Shown here piece after piece: positions 1 to 11,400 of a stretch of 64,000 nucleotides of DNA. The position numbers and the translations under genes were made by a program. The DNA comes from Zootoca vivipara (taxonomy: Eukaryota): NCBI RefSeq assembly GCF_963506605.1, contig NC_083294.1:38502001-38566000 (forward strand). Reading direction: 5' to 3'. How positions within the stretch are numbered: position 1 is the first letter of the stretch; each line of letters starts with the position of its first letter. The notes beneath the pieces were generated by a model. The model ran no database searches, had not been told where the DNA came from, and was given only the letters and a program-made list of their open reading frames with translations.

Positions 1-211
1 TCAGGGACATTGTAAAAGTGTTAAGAGGAATTAAAACAAAAACAACAACAACCAAAATGCCTGTTGCAAAGTGAAAACTTTGGAATAGTGTCTCTCTCTC
101 CTCTACTCCCCCCCCCATATTTCAGTTGTTAGGCGAGTCTTTGAAGGTCAGTTAATCTAATGGTCATGGATTTAATTAATATTTTAAAGCAAACTGCTTT
201 GCGTGTTTAGA

Positions 212-601
212 CCTTCCAGTAGCACCTTAGAGACCAACTAAGTTTGTCATAGGTATGAGCTTTCGTGTGCATGCACACTTCTTCAGATACACTGAAACAG
301 AAGTCACCAGACTGTTATGTATAGTCAGAGGGTGTGGAGGGGTATTACTCAGAAGGGTGGTGGGAATGGGTGATTGGCTGATAGGAGTGGTTAACCTGTT
401 GACGACTGTTAACGACTGCCATTGGTCTTGCAGGAAAAAACAAAGGGTGAGATGGCATAAGAAAGCTTTATCATGTATAATGATATAAGAATTCAATGTC
501 CTTATTTAGACCAGGTCTCTCAATGGTTTTAAGCTTGGTAATGAGTTGCAATTCAGCAACTTCTCTTTCCAGTCTGTTTCTGAAAATTTTCTGTAGTAAG
601 A
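212..601 (-). mobile_element. Penelope-like element (PLE) copy 1, 3' part: GIY-YIG C-terminus, 3' UTR and hammerhead-bearing terminus
   Basis: The minus strand from 601 down reads ...LQKIFRNRLEREVAELQLITKLKTIERPGLNKDIEFLYHYT* (stop ~471), matching the end of ORF 47517..47816. The terminal sequence is shared with the copies at 47210 and 54373. Confidence 0.9.
253..290 (-). ncRNA. Minimal type-I hammerhead ribozyme motif (PLE-associated)
   Basis: Minus strand: gtat-CTGAAGA-a-gtgtgcatgcacac-GAAA-gc-TC-atac = stem I (4 bp), CUGANGA core, stem II, GAAA, palindromic AGCU stem III, CUC cleavage triplet. Confidence 0.8.
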
Positions 602-2432
602 TAGTGTTGCAGAAGCTATAGAAGTAATGGAGAAATTTGGTCAATTGGCAGGATTCAAATTAAATAGACAAAAAACCAAGGTTATGGCAATGAATATGAC
701 GAAAGAAGAAAAACAGGAATTACAGTTAAAACATGGACTCGACGTGGCTAAAAAGGTAAAATATTTGGGAATATGGATGACAGCAAAGAATATTAATCTT
801 TACAGTGATAATTACGAACAAGTATGGAAGGAAATAAAGAAAGACCTGGAAAGATGGACTAATATGAAAATGTCATTCTTAGGAAGAATTGCAACAATAA
901 AGATGAATGTATTACCTAAGATGTTATTCCTATTTCAAACTATACCTGTGGTTAAAGGTACGAGGCAATTCCAAGAGTGGCAAAAGATTTTATCAAGATT
1001 TGTCTGGCAGGGGAGAAAACCTAGAATAAAACATAAGATTTTGGTAGATAAGAAAGAAAGAGGTGGATTCGCCCTGCCAGACTTGAGACTTTATTATGAA
1101 GCGTCCTGTATCTGTTGGATAAAAGAATGGATAACTCTAGAGAATACGGACTTGTTAGATTTGGAAGGTTTTAACAATAGATTTGGATGGCATGCATATT
1201 TATGTTATGACAAAAAGAAATCACATACCGGGTTTACGAATCATGTGATAAGAAGATCTCTGTACGAGGTGTGGGAAAGAAATAAAAGGCTGTTAGAGAC
1301 TAAAACACCCTGGTGGGTCTCACCAGCAGAGGTATTAACAGTTAAGAAAGTAAATATGGAAAAGAGGCGGGCCACGTATGAGGAAATCTTGACGAAAACT
1401 GAAAAAGGATGGAGTTTAAAACCTTTTGAGGACATTAAAGGAGTGTTAACAGGATGGATAGAATACCATCAAATAAATGATGTGCTTAAAGAAGATAGAA
1501 AAATAGGTTTTGAGGATAAAAGATCCAAATTTCAAATAGAAGTGCTAGAAGGCAAAACAAAGCTTTTGGCAAAGATGTATGATCTGTTGTTGGAGTGGTA
1601 TACAAAAGATGAGTTGACAAAAGAAGTGATGATTAAATGGGCAAAAGATTTGGGGCATAATATTGAATATGATGCGTGGTTGAAATTATGGAATCAAACT
1701 TTAAGATTTACAGCATGTACTGCCTTGAAAGAAAATGTATATAAGATGATGTACAGATGGTATTTAACTCCAGTTAAGTTAGCTAAAATGTATAGAATGG
1801 GTGATAAAAGTTGCTGGAAATGTAAAGAGAAAGATGGTGAATTTTATCATATGTGGTGGACATGCGAAAAAGTTAAAAGATTTTGGGAAAGTTTATATAA
1901 TGAATTGAAAAAGATGTTTAGATATACCTTTCCAAAAAAACCAGAAGCATTTTTGTTAGGAATAATAGGAGGAGAGATTAGAAAAGAAGATCAAACACTG
2001 TTTATGTATGCAACAACCGCGGCTAGGACTTTGTTAGCCCAAAAATGGAAACTACAGGAATTACCTACAATTGTGGAGTGGCAGATAAAAATGATGGACT
2101 ATGCTGAACATGCTAGATTGACATGCAAGATTCGTGACCAGGGGGAGACAAGGTTTCAAAAGGACTGGAGTAAATATGTGGACTATATGGAGAAAAACTG
2201 TAGATCATTAAAAACTCTCGCAGGACTAAAATAAACCTTACGAATTGACCAATATGTTAAAAAAGGAACTGCAAAAAAAGGAATTAACAAGAAACCCGCA
2301 TGAAGGGAGGGGGGGAAGTCATAGCTCGGCGGAGCAAGGTAAAAGATGTGAATATAAGATTTTGTATAAAAGATTGGTTTTGTTAATTTGTTGAATTTGG
2401 AAAATTGGAATAAAATGTATTTAAAAAAAAAA
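602..2432 (+). mobile_element. 5'-truncated L1-clade LINE (young), nested in Penelope copy 1
   Basis: Perfect 20-bp TSD gaaaattttctgtagtaaga at 582..601 and 2433..2452; AATAAA at 2409..2414; A-tail at 2423..2432; intact ORF2 fragment. Confidence 0.95.
627..2234 (+). CDS. L1-clade ORF2p C-terminal fragment (end of RT domain through CCHC zinc knuckle); 5'-truncated
   Basis: 535 aa open frame with L1 motifs: KYLGIW, SFLGRIATIKMNVLPKMLFLFQ, GGFALPDLRLYYEA, CWKC-x8-H-MWWTC. Confidence 0.93.
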   Translation: MEKFGQLAGFKLNRQKTKVMAMNMTKEEKQELQLKHGLDVAKKVKYLGIWMTAKNINLYSDNYEQVWKEIKKDLERWTNMKMSFLGRIATIKMNVLPKMLFLFQTIPVVKGTRQFQEWQKILSRFVWQGRKPRIKHKILVDKKERGGFALPDLRLYYEASCICWIKEWITLENTDLLDLEGFNNRFGWHAYLCYDKKKSHTGFTNHVIRRSLYEVWERNKRLLETKTPWWVSPAEVLTVKKVNMEKRRATYEEILTKTEKGWSLKPFEDIKGVLTGWIEYHQINDVLKEDRKIGFEDKRSKFQIEVLEGKTKLLAKMYDLLLEWYTKDELTKEVMIKWAKDLGHNIEYDAWLKLWNQTLRFTACTALKENVYKMMYRWYLTPVKLAKMYRMGDKSCWKCKEKDGEFYHMWWTCEKVKRFWESLYNELKKMFRYTFPKKPEAFLLGIIGGEIRKEDQTLFMYATTAARTLLAQKWKLQELPTIVEWQIKMMDYAEHARLTCKIRDQGETRFQKDWSKYVDYMEKNCRSLKTLAGLK

Positions 2433-2452
2433 GAAAATTTTCTGTAGTAAGA

Positions 2453-2886
2453 CAGCTACTTTGAGATCTAGTATAGAATGTTCTGGGAGATTGAAGTGTT
2501 TTTCTGTCTTGTGATTCTTGATGTCAGATTTATGTCCATTTATCCTTTGGCGTAGGGTTTGGCCTGTTTGTCCAATATAGAGAGCTGAAGGGCATTGCTG
2601 GCATTTGATGGCATATACAATGTTAGAAGATGAGCAATTAAATAGTCCTGAGATGGTATGTTTGATGTTGTTGGGGCCAGTAATGGTGTTGTCCGGGTGT
2701 ATGTGGCAGCAAAGTTGGCATCTGGGTTTATTACAGGCTCTGGTACCAGTGTCCATGTTAAGTCTGGTGGTGGTATTATTGTGGGTGAGGAGTTGTTTAA
2801 GATTGGGTGGCTGTCTGTAGGCAATGAAAGGTCTTCCTCCCAGAGCTTGAGAAAGAGAACTGCCACTGTCTAGGAGAGGTTGCTGG
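2453..2886 (-). mobile_element. Penelope-like element copy 1, 5' part: GIY-YIG endonuclease coding fragment
   Basis: CNKPRCQLC...FNCSSSNIVYAIKCQQCPSALYIGQTGQTLRQRINGHKSDI...HFNLPEHS is the characteristic PLE GIY-YIG domain; the frame continues at 601 once the L1 is removed. Confidence 0.92.
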
Positions 2887-2889
2887 AAT

Positions 2890-4865
2890 AATATTTTTAA
2901 ATTAACGCAAGCATTTGAAAACACAAGCATTTGAAAACACAAGCATTTGAAAAAGCATTTGAAAACAGGTCACCATGTCTGTACTTTGTTAACAAGTTCA
3001 ACAGATGTAATGGCTTTAACTGTGCATTTACAAAATTTGCTTTATGTACAGAAGGTAGATGTTCCATTTCTGTTCCAAAATCATCACCATTAAGGTCAGC
3101 TGGATATTGCTCTGATAAAGATAAAACTTTTCTCTCCACATCACTTTCAGACATGGTATGTTTCTGCCAAGAAATCCCCCCCCCCGCCAACTGCTTAACA
3201 ACATGGACAGTTAATTATGCTGTAACATTGTCTACTATAATGTAAAACACACAGTTTCTGAAGTAGGCCTCTTCTGGAGTATTAGATCTGTGCCAGCTAA
3301 TTTTTTTTGCCACACAGCTGACATTAACACACAGGCAAAAGATGTCACATATAATAAAACTCCATGGACTTCATTTCTAGTTTTGGTCAAATTTAGTTCT
3401 AAGAGGTCTTCCAGTGCTAATTTAATGTCAGTCAAGTGAGCTGCAATGGCTTTTACACATTCAACACGTTACACATTTGATCATTTAGATTCAGATAATA
3501 AACTTGAAGCTGCCCTCTCCTTTTCTGAGACTCCTCGAAACCTAGCACATGTTCCTGAAAGATGTGATCCCACCTGGAGAGCAGTTTGATGAGTCCTAAA
3601 AAGCTTCCGTTGTTTGAATAATGAATTTGATGGGATGAACTAGTAAAATGCTAGATCACATTCTCCCAAGAAGAGTACTGTACCACATTGATGGTGCTCT
3701 TTAAAAGGTTGTATGTTTCACAGCTTCAGTTTTGATTGACACTTCTAAGATCATGTCAGCTCCTGTCACACACAGCAGGCGCCTTCCTAAGTTCTCACCA
3801 TTCTCTGTGACTATTGCCTTTTTCATGTTTTGGGATCCTGCAGGAAAGTTCCTGCCACTTCCCATTAGATCCCCAGCATTCAGCAGATACCAATGCAGAC
3901 TTTGAAGCAGAAGTGCTAGTCTTGACTGTCTTGTGCCAAAACCATTGACATGGAAAGCAATATAAAACTTGTTTCTGTCGACTCCAGACAAGCCACTCTC
4001 TTACATTAGTGCTTTGAAATGTTAGTATGCTTTCTGGGAAAACTTGATTGGAGATTCTTTTGGGAATGTTTTAGGGAGAAGGATGTCACCGTTCGCAATA
4101 TACTTTTTGAGATGGAAACTTAGTTGTGGTACATCCAGTGTCAAGGCCTACATTATGATTACTCCTCTTATCTTCCAAATTCACTTCCACATGTGTTTGT
4201 ATGCCTGCTTCTTTCTGTTTTCCATTTTCATTTTCTGCATCTGCCCCTTCACCAAAATATTGTGCATGATTACCCAAATAAACCACTCCTTGTTTGGGGA
4301 TGAGGTTTCTAATAGGTTCTTCTTACTCCAATTCTAAAGGTGAGTTCAATGTAAAAAATTTTTATTGAAGCTGCGCTTAATCCAAATGGAAAGAACATTG
4401 AGTTATGATGTCTTTATAAGTAATAGTGAGATAATGAAATGTAAAATTAAGTGATGAAGAAGGGAAATCATCAGGTGCGGCTGAAGGAAGTAAAAAAAAA
4501 AAACCTGCATTAGATATGAATGAATGAATGTAATAAGATGTTTGGAAACTATATGTAAAAATTATACACACACACACAAATGGAAAGATCATTTGTTGAC
4601 TCTTTCCTTCATTTTTCTTGTCTTTCTTCCTCTTGGGCTTATGCTTTAAGAGAATACGTTTTGGAGAGATGATTTATAAGATAATATTTTTAAATCTGGA
4701 GAAAGGAAAAAATGACATTAAGATAAAAAATATATTATATACTAATAATTTGGTGGTAGTAGAAGTAGTGGTAACAGTGGTAGTACACAAGTAGTCATTT
4801 CCCCATACTTTAGTGGTCAAAATTATACCAAATCTGGTACTTTAGTACCAAGTGTGGCAACACTG
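2890..4865 (-). pseudogene. Degenerate hAT-superfamily transposase / fossil autonomous hAT element
   Basis: Frameshifted minus-strand fragments: TTF-type zinc finger REWLVWSRQKQVLYCFPCQWF (~3945..4005); RVECVKAIAAHLTDIKLALEDL; YVTSFACVLMSAVWQKKL; YPADLNGDDFGTEMEH...LFSNACVNLKIL. Lys-rich N-terminal-like stretch ~4590..4660. Possible terminus cagtgttgccac (minus strand) at 4865; that boundary is uncertain. Confidence 0.75.
2908..2968. repeat. 16-bp tandem repeat (caagcatttgaaaaca, ~3.5 copies)
   Basis: Read directly from the sequence. Confidence 0.9.
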
Positions 4866-6208
4866 CTAAAGTGGTTGCCATGGTGATATAGAAAAAAATG
4901 GGGAAGAGGTGGAGTAAATATGACCCCACTTATCCATTTAAGGGTTAAATCACGCTGATGCAATGATGCAGAGATGAAAGCAAATAATTATTCATTATAC
5001 CTCTACATTATATAACATAGACCACAATTGCTATGAATTATGATAGAACTATGTAGCCTTACATGAAATGAGCACCCTAGTATTCAAAACCTGCAGTCAG
5101 CAATGAGGTGGGGTGTTCGGGAATACTTTTAAGTTTAGAAGAGCCAACTGCATGACAATTTGCTCCTAAACCAGGAGTGGAAAATCCTGAGTGGTTTGGG
5201 GTTTCTTTTGCCCACTATTTCCAACTGCAGTTTATTTATACGAGACAAAATTGAGGGGCTGTATTTGCAGTGACACTGTTGGGATGGGACCAAGGAGCAG
5301 TCACCTCTTGCCCTTTGCTCTCTTGCTGATGGGGAGGTGCTGTAGTAGATTGCTTCTCCCTCCACCACCCAATCAAAGGGACTGTGGCAAGGAGGAGGAG
5401 GGGGGAGGAAGGGTGCATTACGGGAGGAAGGCCCACTGCGAGCATCTTGGTCAAGGGGGCACACATCAAACCCTAGAATTGGCACTGCTCATGGAAATGT
5501 AGACTTTTTCTTTTGCTAAAGAAAGCCTAGAGATTGATAGGGAGTGCCCCAAGGATCAATGCAATATCCAGGCAGAGGAAAATTGAAAATGATTGCTTGT
5601 CACAAGTGTCCAAGGAATCAATTATGTGTCTAGGTCACTTGCTCAAAGGACACGAAGAGCACTTTTTCTTTCATTTTGTTAAAATAGGATAGCCCACTAG
5701 ATAGATTACTGGGTTTTTATTCTTTAGGAGGAGGGCAAGAAGTGAAAGCTGAATCAGGCTTCCTGCCCTCTCCACTTCCCAGGAAGGGGAAGGTCTCAGT
5801 GGCTTGTGGGACTGGAAGAAATGGATAGAAGGAAGCAATTTTTCAGAACTGGTCCCATAAACAGATGGCCCAGTAAGCAGCAAATGGAGAGTAGAGCATA
5901 CACATATTAGCACGATGGTGTCACAAAAGGTTCTAGGCTGAACTTAGCCAGAAGCAGAGAATGAGAGGTCAGAGACCAAGATGAGAGCTCCAAGCCAAAG
6001 TGGTTGCAACAAGGATGCAAGAAAAGGAAGGCTCCTCCAGGCCACCTGTTCATTGAGTATTTATCCTGATTTGTTTGCACAGGCTTATGTGGAAGTATTT
6101 GAATTGGAACAATACCATCCATATATACTTGTCATTAACTTTGCCATGAAACAATCACTGCCCACCTTTTGCTCTTGACTGGTGAGAACAATTAAGAGGG
6201 GCTTCATA

Positions 6209-6300
6209 CATGGGCATGGGGGGCAGGCTTCATGCTGGGGGAGGCAGAACCTCAGTTAAGTATTTTTATTGCCCCCCACTTCCCCTTGGCTGTGCCCATG
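6209..6300. mobile_element. hAT-type MITE
   Basis: TIR catgggca/tgcccatg; 8-bp TSD gcttcata/gtttcata (7/8). Confidence 0.7.
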
Positions 6301-7248
6301 GTTTCATATCTTCCATCACAGGCTCCATCATGCTATGCTTGACAAGTGTCTTCTGACAATTCTCCAAGGTAGATAGCACAGAGCAGGTGGTCCTGAGGAG
6401 GACCATCTTTTGACACCCATCTTGCAGACAAAGAATTCAGGGTGGAAGCTTAGACTTGACTTCTCTGAATATAAAATGCAAGATAGTCATTGCCTACCCT
6501 GCAGTATTGTTGCACAGATGACTTGGAATGAGATTGTGAAGCACTTGTGCTGTGGAATTGTGATTGGTGCTTTAATCCCACCCCAGACAATGGTGGTGGT
6601 GGTATAATCTTATTGCGCAAAATAAAAATAAAAATGGAACCCTTTTGACCTTATTCTGAGAGAAATGCTTGGCAGTGATGCTTTGATGGCAGGCTTGAAT
6701 AGTTTGGCTGCCTCTTTCCCAGAGATCAAAAACCGGCACATGATGACCATAATAAGTTTCACACTGAGATTTAAGATGCGGATTTTAATAACTCTGCCAG
6801 TAGAGATGGCAAGCAGGTTTCCCTTGCAAAAAGAAGAATGGGTGGTGGTGGTGGTGGGGTTTTCTCAGTGTTTCTTCTCTGCTGCAATGATTAGCTTGCA
6901 ACACCTGATAATAATCAGATGAGTCACTTTCCCTTGAGTACCCTTCAGCCACCCCCCCACTGTTTTCTAGGAGAGGAAATGAAATAAAGAGTGGCAATTG
7001 TTAATGCATGTACCTCTCATGTCTAAGGGAGAGGGAAGAGAGATTCTCAAGCTCCCATCTGTTTCTGGAGATATTCTCAGTAACAACTTCATTTAGGCCC
7101 TAATGCAGGGGAAAATATTCAGTGCAATTGTCAGATGGCATATCCGTGAATGGACTTTGAGCAGCCCGTGTTCTTTTTTTGGGGCATCTGGGTGTGAGTG
7201 ATGTGTCTTCATTATCCACAGAACAAAAAAAAAGGCATGATACTAAAA

Positions 7249-7410
7249 TGTAGGATGCTGCTTTATACCATTGATCCATTTAGTTCAGTATTACCTACAC
7301 CGACCGGCAGTGGCTATCCAGTATTTCAGACAGAAATCTTTCCCAGGCCTACCTGGAGATGCTGGGTGTTGAACCTAAGACCGTCTGCATGCAAAGCAGA
7401 TGTTCTATCA
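7249..7410 (-). mobile_element. Old tRNA-derived SINE (family also at 22125, 22725, 34230, 62213)
   Basis: Shared motifs gcatgcaga..gtc..aggttcaa (B box), catctccaggtagg, gtagacaatactga. Confidence 0.65.
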
Positions 7411-8118
7411 CTGACATTCCACAAGGAGCAAGGCTGTATTCCCAATAAGCCTCCAGATAGACCACTGTAGGGATTACTCTGGATTTTAGGGCTTCCTGTT
7501 TAAAGTAGGCACTGTATAACCTAAAAGAAGCTGGTGCAACTGTTGAAGGCATCAAAGAGCAATGCCCAGGGGTTGAAAGAGAGGCTAAGACCTATGAAGG
7601 CATCTAAGGCAGGTTTGCTGAGAGGAAGAAGGCCAAGGACCTTGAATATTGTCAGTGGTGGTGGGTGTGATAGACCTGTCCCCAGGTAGGCAGCCAGGTT
7701 GCCCAAATAGCTCCCCCCCTCCAACTTTCCTGTTTACCTTGATGAACTCAATGATGGAGGCAAGTGGATTTCTATGGGAAGGGCCATCTATAATATTGGA
7801 GCTGCAGCTGGAAATACTTTGTCTCTTGTACTCACATGCCACACATCTCAGTTGGCAGAGGAACTGGAGAAGAATCTTGTATGCTGACTAAAGCTCAAGG
7901 GAGCAGTTTGGTGAATGGCTGATTATCTCGGTCATTCTCCTTCCTCCAGAAATAAAATTATTAAGTAAGTGTTTCCTACTTAATCATCATCCCACCACCA
8001 ATCCCTTGGCTCTGAGCCTTCTTCCCCTGGGGGTTCCCTAGGAGGTTCCCCAGCTAGTTCCCCCCCCCACTCCTCAGCATCCAGCCAGTCCATGACAGCT
8101 GCAGACACAGTGCTCAGC

Positions 8119-8484
8119 AGTCATGATTCAGGAGTTCAGGAGCAAAGCAAGAAGTTCAGAGTTGGTTAGATTCAACAAAGTTGTCCCAAGAAGTCCCCAC
8201 CCCGTACAGCTTTCAAATATGAGACGCTGTGTGTTCACTCGGAAGGTGACTGCAAGTCTGCTCCCTCTCTTGTTTAGGCTCTCTGCTTCATAGGAAGGTT
8301 GGAGGGGAAAGCCAGAATTCCTGTTCCCCCTTCATAAGTGGTTGAAGTTGGAGTGGAAAGGGGAGACCCCCCCTCCTCCAATTCAAGTTCTTCCAACTCA
8401 GGCTTCACTCTGGTTCCTCTTTGTCTCCTTCCTCCTTCTGTGTAAGAAGGACCCGATCCCACCAGTGCTGTGTGGCTCATGACA
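8119..8484 (-). mobile_element. LTR-like fragment
   Basis: gtcatga...tcatgaca inverted ends and a purine-skewed body like the solo LTR at 31483; no TSD found. Confidence 0.35.
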
Positions 8485-11400
8485 CTTTGGCCTGATCCAG
8501 CAGGCTCTTCTGTATAAGCCATGTACATAGACATATGTATCTGGAGAGGGCCCAAGACATCAAGAGAACAAGATGGGTAAAGCATCTCAGATACCTTTGC
8601 CTAAGATCTGGGAGACCTATTGCCTGCCAAAGTAGACAAAACTGCTTGGGCAAGATACTTTGACTGGCAGTCTGATTCAGTCTCAGGCAGTTTCATATGC
8701 TACTTTCACTGCAATAGTCTGTGGAAATTGATGAGATGGAGAAAAGGAAACTGTTCAAGCTTCATTTTATTTTTTTATTTGGGGAGAAAATCACTTTAGA
8801 TTAGAAGGCGATGTTGTCAGCTTTAAAGAGGTCAAAATCTAACAAAATAGATTTTTTTCCTTTTTGGGAAAAAAAGATGGTTCTCTAATCTTTCATATTT
8901 AGAAGGCAATGAAATTCTGCCTTGTGGTTGTAATGTGCTTCTTCTTTCTTTGTCAGAAGGAAAAGAGAGAAAACATTTGCCTGCTGGTGCTTCCTTTGAA
9001 CTTCTGCACTTATTAGCCCTCTGAATAAATATGCAGCATGCTATCATTACCAGTCAAGAGAGTTTGGACTCCCCCCCCGCACTTCTCTCCCCGCTTCTCA
9101 ATCAAATGTGATTATTTCCCACCCTCTAGCTGTTAGGAAGATGCTGCTTAAGTGCTCTTTTGCCTGGTGATCAAAACATGAGCCAAGCCTTGTGATGTTT
9201 GGACATGCTAGTCAGCACCCAATTCATTTATCTTTTGGGTTTCTGACAGATGCTAAGTAATAGCAGCTGTACAGTGAGATTTTTCTTTAGCGATCCACAC
9301 GTAACAGTGCTTAGGGGCGTGGAGGGTTGATGCAGAATATACTGCGTTATGTGCTGTGAATTTGTTAGAGAAACAGAAAAAAAGTAACTCCAAAGCTGAA
9401 TGTCTAAGGCAGGAGTCAGCTTTATAGGGGAGGAAAGGAGTATTCCAGAACTTTTTTTTCCAGGGCAAGAGCAATGACATAATCTGCTAGAGCACTCAGG
9501 TAATTAACCAACAAAGAGTGAATGAGGTAAAAGCAAGGCTTTCATATTTTAGGACTGTTTGTGATGGATTATAGGCGCTTTCAGGGTGGGATTTATACTA
9601 GCTAATGAAAGCTGCACAGTTATAGTTGTCTGGGCGGTCTTGCACAACCAACCTGCTTCCCCAAAAGGTCAGGTGTTTTGAGATGATAAAAGTGATGAGA
9701 AAATGAACTGGGAAAGTGTGGGATGACGCTTTGATGCACCACCGTCTTATCTCCCTACAAAGAAAACAGAATGAATGCTCATTAAATAGCCAACATCATC
9801 TGATCTCCCTGCACACAAGTCAGGATGAATGCTCAATAAACAGGTCCTCTTGAAGCAATCTAGGAAAGAGGAAGTCGGAGAATAAGGTCAGATACAACTA
9901 GTCATTAGATTGTATCCAACCAAGGCTGGTTCTGAAGTGTTTCAGAAAAATGCATTGTAAACCTCAAAGCGGGAAATCACATTAGTGAAAGACGGAAATT
10001 CACATTGTGCTAGTATTGGACTGCACTGGGTTTGTGGGGTCAGAGGTAATCTACGCCCTATAGGTTGGCGGTGCAGTGATGCTTACCTGACCTGTTACCA
10101 GCGCTGCTGCAAATGACTGAGTGGGTGAGATTGGCACATTGCAGATTCACTGCTGAGGGAATCAGATTAGCTCCGCTGGTGTGTTTGCACTGCCATGACC
10201 CCACCACCGCCTCTCCAGTCATGTCCAGTACCCATTGGGTTTGGTAGGGCAGAAGGCAGGGAGCCCAAAAGTAGGTGGAGGTCAGAGCCAATGACAGGCA
10301 GAGCTATGGCAGGCAGAGGCAAAGAAGGAAGCAGAAGCTGACAGACAGTGCTGCCCCCTGGACTAGCTGTAGGTAAGCAGGTAAGGAGTTGGCTAAGAGC
10401 AGGCCGAGTTAAGGGGGCAGCGCTCCATTTGCCCTAACAGATTAGCCTTCACTTCATGAACTTACAATTTCCAAGGATGTGGCCTTAAAGCAAAGAGAGT
10501 TTCCATGCATATTTCGGATAGAGCTGCAAGGTTCTAGTATTATCTTTCAACTTGCAGTTTTCCTTTCACCCCTTCTCTCCACCATCTTTCACCACCAGCT
10601 CTTTCCCTGCCTGCTTTCTTCCCACTTTTTCTCCAGCTGGATTCTGAGACCTGTAAAAAGCTCAGAAAGTGCTTTTTAGGAATTGGAAAGGAAGATGTAT
10701 ACCCCTTTTCTTCTGCCCACCATTTACTCCACACACCCTGCACCCACAAATTGGCCTTAAAATCGATGCAAAAACATATCCAGAGACTTGCTGAGCTGGC
10801 TTCTCCTGCCTTTCAATATTCTTCCCTGAATGTTCAGCTTTCCTTTAAAAGAAAAACCTAAGTCTCTAGTTCTCATAGTTACAGAGATAGAAGGGAAGAT
10901 TTGAATACCATATTCTTCCATTGAGAAACAAACCTGCTCTTCTTTGCCAGTACTTGGAAAAATTAGTGCAAATGACACTGCTTTTTCATTTCATTAAATT
11001 AATAAAACATATTTTAAAATGACAACTTTATTAATACTATTTAATAAATTACATGATGTCATAACATTAAGATTAATTGTATTTGGACTATTTCACATTG
11101 AATTAGGACGCTTGTTTGCAGATTTCCCAACTGCTAAATTGCTGGCTGTGGGCTTTGATTTCTCTTTAGTTAATGCATTTGAAGATTATTTAATAGTTCA
11201 ATTTTCTTAATGATGCTGAAGGCGAATTAACATTCTCTGGCATAAAAGTCCTTGCAAATCTCAAATACCTACTATGCATGAGTTTAATAGTCTGTCCCTG
11301 AGGATATGAACCTAAGAAATTTAATATCTAAGGCTGGAATCCAGTCGTTAAAAAAACACCCTTTCAGTAGAAAAATTTAAACACCTAAAACAACTGATAT

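Noticed and set aside
2421-2942. 173-aa ORF that looks like a hAT/GIY-YIG fusion protein
   Set aside because: Chance in-frame junction of the hAT fossil, a tandem duplication and the 5'-truncated Penelope; it ends in the L1 poly(A) read as FFFF.
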